A model generated the notes under the pieces. The model saw only the letters and a program-made list of their open reading frames with translations. It was not told the DNA's origin and did not search any database. 64,000 nucleotides of DNA, from positions 64,001 to 128,000 of the forward strand of contig CAWIEK010000001.1 in assembly GCA_963835065.1 (NCBI GenBank), in the 5' to 3' direction. Below are positions 30,021 to 38,513 of the stretch, one piece after another. The stretch comes from an uncultured Chthonomonadaceae bacterium. GTDB lineage: Bacteria; Armatimonadota; Chthonomonadetes; Chthonomonadales; Chthonomonadaceae. Made by a program: the position numbers and the translations under genes. Within the stretch, counting starts at the first letter, position 1. The number at the start of each line of letters is the position of its first letter.

Positions 30021-31933
30021 TACTTGATGCTTGCTGACTGCTTGAGCGGCGGGTCGGACTTGACGGCGAGTTTTTCGGCGTCTTTGGTGTAGGTCAGGAA
30101 CGCGATGCACATTTCGTCTGTTGTCTGCTCGCCCCACGTCACATCTTTATGGCTGACCTTGTTGGGGTTGCGCGGGTTCTTGTCCGAGTTGTCGTAGTAG
30201 GCCAGCAGGTGCAGGACGCTGCCCTTCGGCAAGGCAATGGGTTCTTTCAGTTGGTAGGTCATCTGCCAGTTGAAGTCCCAATCCTTGATCCAGACGAGTT
30301 CCTTTTCGGTATTGTCCGGCAGGGTCGCCCAGATTTTCATTTCGCGGCCAAGCAGGTGCATGTGCGGCATCACGGTGAGGATATGGCAGTCTTCCCGGAT
30401 GACCGTTTTGGCTTTTACTTCCCGGCGGTCTTCGCCATACGGCAGTTTGAAGCCGAAGTTGATCAGGATGTTGGTACGCGCCAGTTTTTCAATCGTGCCG
30501 TGCTGGAAGTACAGGCCGATTTTGGTCAGGTCGGTTTCCGGCTTGCCATCTTTGTGGTAGTGTACCTGAATGACCAGGTTCGCGCCTTTGGGCAGCAGGG
30601 TTCCCACGCCGGTCGCCAGCTCGTTGGGATCGTTACCCGGCGCCCATCCGCCCAAAAAGCCCGACTGGGCAAAGCCCGGACCGCCGCCCGAAGCCGTGAA
30701 ACCTGGTTCGCCGTCCTTGTCCTGCCCTTCCATTTTGTCGGTCACGCGGTTGGCGTCAATGTAGTTGATAACGTGGTGGACGACGGCGCGGTTGCCCGGA
30801 CGACACTCTACGGAGCGCAGCCATACGTCTGTCGGAAAGTTGGTCTTCACAATAAAGTTGCGGTACACGTCTTCGCCGTCCGCGCTGAGGTGGTAGGCTT
30901 TTTCCGGCTGCAGCACCACGTCCGGCGTTCCTAACTGCCAGCCACTGGCGAATTTGGCGGGCGCGGGCAGGTCTTTGGCATTGCCGAGCGGAGCGCCGTT
31001 ATCGGCCCAGGACGCTAAAACGGTTTTTTCCTTCTCGGAAAGCGTGTGCGCGGCCACATCCTTGAACTCGCCGTAACCGGGCGTGGGTTTCCAGGGCGGC
31101 ATTTGATTGTTCTGCGTGTAGCGCTTGATGTCGGACGACCACGCTTTGGCCTGCTTGTAATCGTTGAGCGTGAAGGGCGCGACTTCCCCGGCGCGGTGGC
31201 AGCTTTCGCACTTGGCGCGCAGGATAGGAGCCACATCGCGGCTGTACGTCGGCACATTGGCGGCAAGCGTCAGGGTCGGCTTGCTGTCGCGGCGAATGGC
31301 GCAGCCGAACGCGAGTTGGGTGGGATGCGCAACCGTTTCGCCCTTGACAACCGCGTTGAGCGTATCGGCAAGGTCATGTTGCGCAACGCGAGTGGCAATC
31401 GCGTTGTCGTCAATGCGGCCCCGGTAGCGAACCACGCCCTGCGCGTCCACGACAATCGCTTCCGGCGTCATTTTCGCGCCAAGCGCATCCGTCAATTTGC
31501 ACTGCGGATCGCGCACAACGGGAATGGCAAGGCCGCGGGATTTGACGTCTTTGGTGACTTCCGCCAGGCTTTCGTGGCTGTCCGGGTACACGGCGAACAT
31601 CTGTACGCCCTGTTTGGCGTATTCGGCGGCAAGCGCGTTGACGCGGGGCATGTACACGTTGCACACAGGGCACTGGCTGGAAACAAACAAAAACACGGTG
31701 GCTTTGTGACCGCTCAAATCGGCGCCGGTATACGTCTTGCCGCTCAGGTCGGTAAAGGCTGCGAATTTAAGAGCGCTGTTTTTCGCGGCTGCCGGAGCCG
31801 ACGTTTTTCCGGCACGGGGCGCGGGTTTCTTTTCCGCTTCGACGCGGCTGCTCCAGGCGGTTGCCCCGATCACAGCAAGCGCGCCCATGCCGCACAAAGC
31901 GCGGGTGGCGCGGGCGGGAAGGTGTGTTTTCAT
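30020..31933 (-). CDS. Redoxin + c-type cytochrome + copper monooxygenase-like fusion protein
   Basis: CPVC, CESCH, VVHH, VHYH, PHMH, EMC; SD before ATG 31933. Confidence 0.8.
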   Translation of the reverse strand: MKTHLPARATRALCGMGALAVIGATAWSSRVEAEKKPAPRAGKTSAPAAAKNSALKFAAFTDLSGKTYTGADLSGHKATVFLFVSSQCPVCNVYMPRVNALAAEYAKQGVQMFAVYPDSHESLAEVTKDVKSRGLAIPVVRDPQCKLTDALGAKMTPEAIVVDAQGVVRYRGRIDDNAIATRVAQHDLADTLNAVVKGETVAHPTQLAFGCAIRRDSKPTLTLAANVPTYSRDVAPILRAKCESCHRAGEVAPFTLNDYKQAKAWSSDIKRYTQNNQMPPWKPTPGYGEFKDVAAHTLSEKEKTVLASWADNGAPLGNAKDLPAPAKFASGWQLGTPDVVLQPEKAYHLSADGEDVYRNFIVKTNFPTDVWLRSVECRPGNRAVVHHVINYIDANRVTDKMEGQDKDGEPGFTASGGGPGFAQSGFLGGWAPGNDPNELATGVGTLLPKGANLVIQVHYHKDGKPETDLTKIGLYFQHGTIEKLARTNILINFGFKLPYGEDRREVKAKTVIREDCHILTVMPHMHLLGREMKIWATLPDNTEKELVWIKDWDFNWQMTYQLKEPIALPKGSVLHLLAYYDNSDKNPRNPNKVSHKDVTWGEQTTDEMCIAFLTYTKDAEKLAVKSDPPLKQSASIK

Positions 31934-32117
31934 GTGTGTCCTTATCATGGCTCGGAAACTCATCAGTTGAAATCTGCTGCGTCGAGTGAGGTCATTATCC
32001 GCGTTCGACAGCAGGGAAAGCCGCGCTACGCTGAAGCGCGTACCGGCAATCCGGCAGCGGGCAAGGAAAAATTATCTTCTTCCTTATTATACACACTTTT
32101 ATACGTATCGCGCCCGC

Positions 32118-33050
32118 TTAAAAGCCCACATTTCCCGTCTGCGGCTTCAAATTTCTCGCAAAAAATTCATCGGCAAGCGCGCCATAGGAAGCGGGCATCG
32201 CGGGGTTGAGAAAGCCATGCCCCTGTTTGTAGACCGTGAACAGGGATGCGCTCACGCTGGCGGCGCGAAGGGCATTATACAGGCGTTCGGATTGGTCGAG
32301 CGGCACGAGCGGATCGGCGCTGCCATGTATAATCAGGAACGGCGACGATTTGCCGTCCACATACGTAACGGGCGAACTGGACTTGTACAGGTCGGGCGCT
32401 TCTTCGGGTTTTTTGCCCAGGAAGTTAGCGACAATGGCGGCGGCGAGGGGAGAGTTTTTGGCTTGGTCGGGCGAAAGGGTAAAGTCCGCCGGCCCGTAAA
32501 AGTCCACCACGCACTGAATACGGCTGCTGTAACCGGCAAGGTCGGCGTCGCTGTTGTCGCGGGTGTCGCGGGTTCCGAGCAGAGCCACGAGGTAGCCGCC
32601 CGCCGAATCGCCCAAGCCGCCGATGCGCTGCGGGTCTACATTGTATTTATCGGCATGGGCGCGTATCCACCGTACCGCCCGCTGCGAATCATCCAATTGC
32701 GCCGGGTACTTGTTGGCGGCTGCCGTGAGCAGGCGGTAGTTGATGGAAAACGCCGAGTAGCCTTTCGCCGCTAATGCCTTGCCCATCGGCGCGTAAAACT
32801 TCTTATCCCCGCCCGACCAGCCGCCGCCATGTATCAGCACAATGGCCGGATGCTTGCCCGCTCCATTGGCCGGATAGTAGGCGTCCAGCATCAGTTTCGC
32901 ATCCCCCGCCGTGCCGTAAACTACATCGGTTTCGGTTTTTACGTCTGCTTGCGCGGGCGCGGCCTGCTGCGCTTTCACGCTGGGTGCAGCAAACGCAAGA
33001 TGGAGACAGAGCAAACTGGAGGTGATGAGTAGATGTCGTCGTGTGAACAT
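32118..33050 (-). CDS. Secreted alpha/beta hydrolase (esterase/lipase)
   Basis: HGGGW, GDSAGG, HGSAD, GHGF. Confidence 0.9.
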   Translation of the reverse strand: MFTRRHLLITSSLLCLHLAFAAPSVKAQQAAPAQADVKTETDVVYGTAGDAKLMLDAYYPANGAGKHPAIVLIHGGGWSGGDKKFYAPMGKALAAKGYSAFSINYRLLTAAANKYPAQLDDSQRAVRWIRAHADKYNVDPQRIGGLGDSAGGYLVALLGTRDTRDNSDADLAGYSSRIQCVVDFYGPADFTLSPDQAKNSPLAAAIVANFLGKKPEEAPDLYKSSSPVTYVDGKSSPFLIIHGSADPLVPLDQSERLYNALRAASVSASLFTVYKQGHGFLNPAMPASYGALADEFFARNLKPQTGNVGF

Positions 33051-33061
33051 AATTTTTCCTG

Positions 33062-33935
33062 TCAAATGCGAACAGACTCCAGGTAGAGTAATGCTTGATG
33101 GAAGAATGTTTCCGCTTTGGTTCGGTCGTGCGTAAAAAGGCGTACAAAGCAACGCAGACAATTGGTATGTGGGCTTTTTAGGGAGAGTAATACTTGTGCA
33201 TACCGGGCGCTTTCTGTCGAACCATTTTCTTCCTGCCTCAGCGCAAGGAACAAACCGACAATTCGCTCCGATCGTTCGCGTATTAATTCCTCACGCTCCA
33301 CAAGGTTCAAATAAGTCAATCGTTACGCGGGCGCGCTGATAGGCATAGCTTGTATTATCGCATGAAGCGGGAACGGGTACATACCCATCAAAGCGAATTA
33401 ACTCCGCAGGGTCTTCATCCAAATCACCGAGCGGGTAGATGAGCAACGACTGCTCGACTGTAAGATTGCGCGGATCGTCCTGCCCACTAATTCTATTTCC
33501 GGCAATGGGAAAATAGTTACTCTTCAAATCACTATTACACGGCTTACAGGCTACAGCGTAATTGAGTAGATTGTACGCCAGCAAGTAGTAACCTTCGGCA
33601 AAATCGCCGCCTGTGGAAAACGAATACACAAGTGGAGAGTCTCTATCTGCCGAAGGCCAGGCGCGAACGACACTCTTCGGGCGAAAATGCTCTACGTCAT
33701 GTTCAATTTTACCGTGTTTCTCTGCTGCTAATTGGCGTTCACAGTACGCGCATTTGTCGTGCTGAACTCGCATGAAAACGGCTTTGATCTCGCTCCAGAT
33801 GGGCGCAGGCGGTTCTTCGTACTTACCTGTCAGCCGGAACGCTTCGGTGCGCTCCTGTGCGCGTTGGCGCCAATTCGGACTTGCGGCATCAACGTCGGCT
33901 TCCAGTTGCGCCTGCGTTACCGGATAGCGTATCAT
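33062..33935 (-). CDS. HNH endonuclease (PtuB-like); 1-nt frameshift at ~33308
   Basis: KCAYCE, DVEHFRPK, ACKPCN; continues as NLVEREELIRER in the adjacent frame. Confidence 0.75.
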
Positions 33936-35257
33936 CCTGAAGTGTCCTGCGCGCTGCTGTTTGCTGAAGCGGAAGGCGCGGTGGCTTCAACGGGTTCAAA
34001 GCCGTCCGTCAGGCGGCGCAAAAATTCCAGCGAGGCGTTTTCATCTCCTGCCCAGGCATCACGCGCAAGTTCGTGCATTTGCTTGACGGCATCCGGGGCG
34101 CGGGGTGTCGGCAGGCCGAAGTAAGGACTGGTCAGTATCTGATCAGAACTCAGGCCGTGAATCCGTTGTTTGCCCGGATGAACCGTAGCCGCGCCGGTTT
34201 CTGGATCGGTTTCCGTAACGAAGATATTAGCGGCTTCTAAAGTGCCTGCAACAATCGGACTGTGACTGGTAAAGAAGAATTGCAGGTTGGGAAACGTTGT
34301 CGCCAGCGATTCCACAACCGTTCGCTGCCATGCCGGATGCAGCAGCAAATCCAATTCATCCACCATGACCACGCCGCGCAATTCCGTCAGTTTCTTTCCT
34401 TCCGGCGTGACACGGCACATATAATAGAGCAAATCTCCAACCCACCCAATGAAGGCGCGGTAGCCATCTGACAAAGCTTCAAACGGCAAGGATGTGCCAC
34501 GTACATCGAACATCATTTCTTTGCCGCTACGAAAGTAAAGTTGTACATCGCAGGGCAACAGCCGATTTAGCAGTTCAACGCCTTCCTGTAATCGATTCTG
34601 GTCCTGTAACTGTGTTCGCCATGCATTGATGGCAGTTAATCCAAAATAATCCTCAAATAATCCGGCGACCCTCTGATAGCGTAAACCTCGCGCTTTGCTT
34701 CGCGCGCTGCTATCAAAGTTTTCAGAGTTTTCCACGCGGCGAGTTGCGCCGTATCCTGCCAAGAAAAACACAAGAGAGTCTTCATCGAACAAACCTGCTG
34801 TAAGTTGTTCAAGATACTCGCTAGATTGATAAGGAGGTATTATCTTCTCTGTTGAAAGCCTGTTCTGAATAGCGGATGCTAGCGAAATGCGGCGTTCTTG
34901 AAAATTGTCCCAAATGGCAGGATGAATATATGTCTCTTCTTGTGCATGAATGGAAAGGTTCACAGATAGTTCGGCGTACCGCCATACCATATCTACGTCA
35001 TGACTCTCAGCTCTCGCAAGCCGGACAAGGTAATAAGGACGAAAACCAGTGGTATCAATGATAGGAGCCAATACAGATAAAGAAATCGCTTTCAATACGG
35101 CTGTTTTGCCCGTACCGTTGTCACCAAGAAGTAAATTCACATTGGGCAGGCGTGGAGTGGCTTGACCTTCCTTAGCAGGACGACCAGGGTACTGAAACTC
35201 CATTGCCACTTCTTCAAAGCAGCGAAATTGTTTGACGCTCAGGCTTTCGATGTACAC
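33932..35257 (-). CDS. AAA_21 ATPase (PtuA-like)
   Basis: GDNGTGKT, YGATRR, LSDGYR, DELDLLLHPAWQ, TSHSP. Confidence 0.85.
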   Translation of the reverse strand: MYIESLSVKQFRCFEEVAMEFQYPGRPAKEGQATPRLPNVNLLLGDNGTGKTAVLKAISLSVLAPIIDTTGFRPYYLVRLARAESHDVDMVWRYAELSVNLSIHAQEETYIHPAIWDNFQERRISLASAIQNRLSTEKIIPPYQSSEYLEQLTAGLFDEDSLVFFLAGYGATRRVENSENFDSSARSKARGLRYQRVAGLFEDYFGLTAINAWRTQLQDQNRLQEGVELLNRLLPCDVQLYFRSGKEMMFDVRGTSLPFEALSDGYRAFIGWVGDLLYYMCRVTPEGKKLTELRGVVMVDELDLLLHPAWQRTVVESLATTFPNLQFFFTSHSPIVAGTLEAANIFVTETDPETGAATVHPGKQRIHGLSSDQILTSPYFGLPTPRAPDAVKQMHELARDAWAGDENASLEFLRRLTDGFEPVEATAPSASANSSAQDTSG

Positions 35258-35329
35258 GCTTGCCTGACCTTTCTCGAACCAGGTACGTCAGTACGGTTAT
35301 GCGAAGGGTTCAGACCGCCGCGCCCGCGT

Positions 35330-37888
35330 TTATTCTTCCACAGACGCTACGGCGACTTTCTTGCGTGTCGTTCCAACGGGCTTTGTTGTGACTGCTTTCA
35401 CGGCGGTTGCTTTCACGGCAGTTTTGGCTGCGGTTGTCTTTGGGGCTGTTGTTTTGGCTGCCGTTGTTTTCGTTGCCGTTGTCTTCGTTGCCGTTGTCTT
35501 TGTGGCGGCGGTTTTGGTTGTGGCGCGTTTCGGTTTCACGCCCTCGTCCGTTGCGCCGTTTGCCGACGTTTTGGTTGTCCGCGTGGTTCTCGTGGCGGTT
35601 TTCGCGGCTGCAGTGGTTTTCTTCGCGCCGCGCTTGCCCGCGTTCTCGTCATACGTGCAGGCGAAGGGCTGGTTGTCCTGGAGGCTGCCGTCGGGCTTCA
35701 CTTTCAGCATGGTGCGGCACTTCGGATAGGAACTGCATCCCAGAAACGGCCCGAAACGCCCCTGCCGCGACAGCATTATGCCCAGATGCTGCGGGCAAAC
35801 GTGTTCTGTCGCATTAGGCAATGTGGACGGATCAACGGGCGTTTTGTCCCCGCCGCTTACCAATCCGCATTGGAAGTTCGCGCCTTCCGCCGGCTTGCCT
35901 TCCGCATCCAGTTTCAGAATTTTCTTACATTCCGGGTAGCCGCTGCACCCCATGAACTCGCCAAACCGTCCCATCCGCAGCAGCATCACTTTGCCGGTAT
36001 CGGGGCAGTGGTACTCGGTTTCCACCGGCTGCGGCTTCAGGTTTTCCATCTCCTCTTTGGCCGCGTTGACGGACAGCTCGAACGGATCGTAGAACGCGCG
36101 CAGCAGGCTGACCCAGTCCACGCGCCCCTCTTCCACTTCGTCCAGCTTGGTTTCCATGTCCGCCGTAAACGTCACATCCATAATGGTCGGGAAATGCTTG
36201 ACCAACTGCTCGGTCACTTTGAAGCCCAATTCCGTAGGATAAAACCGCTTGTCGGTCAAATCCACGTACTTGCGATCCCGGATCACGGAAATAATGCTGG
36301 CATACGTGCTGGGACGCCCGATACCGCGCTCTTCCAACGCCTTGACAATCGTAGCTTCCGTGTAGCGGGGCGGCGGCTCCGTAAAGTGCTGGCGCGGCTC
36401 CAGCCGGTTCAAATCCAGTTCCTGCCCCGTAGCCAACGGCGGCAGGGGCGGCTGCTCGTCATCGCCCACTTCTTCCGTATCCTTGCCCTCGGTATACACG
36501 CGCATAAACCCATCGAATTTGACAACGGTTCCGGTAGCGCGGAAAACATAGGGGAGTGATGAGTGATGAGTGATGAGTGATGAATTTGAATTCCGTTCAT
36601 CATTCATCATTCCGCGTTCATCATTTCTCCTTGCATTGATGTCTGCCGTCGTCACGTCCATGATGGCGGGGTTCATCTGGCTGGCAACGAAGCGCTGCCA
36701 GATCAGACGGTACAGGCGAAGTTGTTCGCTGGTCAGAGAATTGGCGATTTTGTCCGGTTCGAATTCTACATGCGTGGGGCGAATGGCTTCATGGGCGTCC
36801 TGCGCGGCGTTCTTGGATTTGAACTGCTTGCCGGCGGCGGGAACATACGCGGGGCCATACTTTTCCAAAATGAACTGGCGGGCGGCGGCCTGCGCTTCCC
36901 CGGCCACGCGCACCGAGTCGGTACGCATGTAAGTTATCAAGCCCACGCTGCCGTGCCCCGCGATTTCCACGCCCTCGTACAAGTGCTGCGCGACGGACAT
37001 GGTGCGCTTGTTGCCGAAGCCCAATTTGCGCGATGCTTCCTGCTGCAGGGTGCTGGTGATGAACGGCGCGGCGGCGTTGCGCTTCTGTTCGCGCCGTTTT
37101 ACATCGCCAACCGTAAAGTCGGGACGGCGCGACGGGGGAACTTCCGCCAAAAACGTATCGCCTTCGCCCTGACGAACATCCGGCAGGCCCAGGTCGCGCA
37201 GAACCGCGTTGATTTCATCTTCGGTTTTGGGTTCCACGCGCTGCCCGCCCCGGCTGTGCAATTTGGCCGGGAACAAAAACTTCTTTTCGGGAAGTTGCGG
37301 CGTCAGAATGGCCGTCAGCGACCAGTATTCTTCAGGCTTGAAGGCTTGAATCTCGCGTTCGCGGTCACAAATAAGCCGCACGGCAACCGACTGTACGCGC
37401 CCCGCCGACAATCCCTTTTGTATCTTCTTGGACAGTACCGGCGACAGTTTATAGCCGATAAGCCGATCCAACACGCGCCGCGCCTGCTGCGCGTTCACGC
37501 GATCCATGTTCACGGTACGCGGGTTCGCCAGTGCCTGCTGCACCGCCGTTTGCGTGATCTCGTTAAACTGAATACGCCGCGCGTCCTTGAGTTTCAAGGC
37601 TTCGGCCAGATGCCACGCTATCGCCTCGCCTTCGCGGTCAGGGTCGGAAGCGAGATACACGATTTTCACGCGCTTGGCGGCATTGGCAAGCCGTTCCAGC
37701 ACGTCGGCGCGGTCGGGCAGGGGCTGGTACGTGGGCGCGAAATCCTTGTTGACATCCACGCCGAGCCGCGCCGTAGGCAGATCGCGCACATGCCCCATGC
37801 TGGCTTCCACCAGATAGTCGGCGCCCAAAAAGTTTTTCAGCGTTTTGGTCTTCGCGGGAGACTCAACAATAATAAGCGCTTTCGCCAT
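35330..37888 (-). CDS. topA: DNA topoisomerase I with zinc ribbons and a Lys/Thr/Ala-rich tail
   Basis: IVESPAK, DPDREGE, SAGRVQS, ITYMRTD, GIGRPSTY. Confidence 0.97.
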   Translation of the reverse strand: MAKALIIVESPAKTKTLKNFLGADYLVEASMGHVRDLPTARLGVDVNKDFAPTYQPLPDRADVLERLANAAKRVKIVYLASDPDREGEAIAWHLAEALKLKDARRIQFNEITQTAVQQALANPRTVNMDRVNAQQARRVLDRLIGYKLSPVLSKKIQKGLSAGRVQSVAVRLICDREREIQAFKPEEYWSLTAILTPQLPEKKFLFPAKLHSRGGQRVEPKTEDEINAVLRDLGLPDVRQGEGDTFLAEVPPSRRPDFTVGDVKRREQKRNAAAPFITSTLQQEASRKLGFGNKRTMSVAQHLYEGVEIAGHGSVGLITYMRTDSVRVAGEAQAAARQFILEKYGPAYVPAAGKQFKSKNAAQDAHEAIRPTHVEFEPDKIANSLTSEQLRLYRLIWQRFVASQMNPAIMDVTTADINARRNDERGMMNDERNSNSSLITHHSSLPYVFRATGTVVKFDGFMRVYTEGKDTEEVGDDEQPPLPPLATGQELDLNRLEPRQHFTEPPPRYTEATIVKALEERGIGRPSTYASIISVIRDRKYVDLTDKRFYPTELGFKVTEQLVKHFPTIMDVTFTADMETKLDEVEEGRVDWVSLLRAFYDPFELSVNAAKEEMENLKPQPVETEYHCPDTGKVMLLRMGRFGEFMGCSGYPECKKILKLDAEGKPAEGANFQCGLVSGGDKTPVDPSTLPNATEHVCPQHLGIMLSRQGRFGPFLGCSSYPKCRTMLKVKPDGSLQDNQPFACTYDENAGKRGAKKTTAAAKTATRTTRTTKTSANGATDEGVKPKRATTKTAATKTTATKTTATKTTAAKTTAPKTTAAKTAVKATAVKAVTTKPVGTTRKKVAVASVEE
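36553..36626. repeat. In-frame heptamer hairpin inside topA
   Basis: Coding strand ATGATGA-type arm followed by TCATCAC x4; encodes RNDERGMMNDERNSNSSLITHHSSL. Confidence 0.9.
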
Positions 37889-37914
37889 ACGGGTATTGCC
37901 TTTAGGAAGTAAAT

Positions 37915-38030
37915 AGGGAACAGGGAACAGGAAATAGTCTTTCAATTCCAGGTAGTTTTGGTTATTGTGACGGAAGGATCACGCGATGTATGAACTTTCT
38001 GTTCCCTGTTCCCTGTTCCCTGTTTCCTGT
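37915..38030. repeat. Heptamer inverted arms (GGGAACA / TGTTCCC)
   Basis: Arms at 37915-37934 and 37999-38030, upstream of topA. Confidence 0.8.
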
Positions 38031-38033
38031 ATC

Positions 38034-38513
38034 TTACCTGCGCCCTTGCGCTTTGTCAAGGCGCAGGGCTTGTGATTGGAGGGCGGCAAAGTTGGCGGGC
38101 GGCACGTAGCCGGGCAGTCTGCCCAAAACACGCCCGCTTTCGTCCGCAAAAACTGTCGTGGGGTACTCGTGAACGCCGTATTGCTGCGCCAATTGGGGTT
38201 CGGTTTCGCCATCTATGCGGACGCAGGTAAATTGGCGGGCTAACTCTATGACGCGGGGATCGGCAAACGTTTCCGCTTCCATTTTGGCGCACCACTCGCA
38301 GCCGGGGGTATGAAATTCCAGCAGGAGGGGACGGGCGGCATGTTGGGCGCGGGTTTGCGCCTGCGGCATTTCGGACAGCCACGCGATGTCGCTCCCCACT
38401 TGGCCGCCGCGCACCGCGCCCATGATGCCGACGCCAAGCAGCAGGGCAAGCGGCAGCGCCGATCCCATAAGGCCGGATTTTGTTGGTTTACGCCAGCGTT
38501 TCAAAAGCATCAA
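38034..38513 (-). CDS. Thioredoxin-fold protein
   Basis: GCEWC, YGVHEYPT; N-terminal hydrophobic segment. Confidence 0.85.
   Translation of the reverse strand: MMLLKRWRKPTKSGLMGSALPLALLLGVGIMGAVRGGQVGSDIAWLSEMPQAQTRAQHAARPLLLEFHTPGCEWCAKMEAETFADPRVIELARQFTCVRIDGETEPQLAQQYGVHEYPTTVFADESGRVLGRLPGYVPPANFAALQSQALRLDKAQGRR

Noticed and set aside
33062..35330. Retron with PtuAB effectors
   Set aside because: No reverse transcriptase and no room for msr-msd between topA and the ATPase
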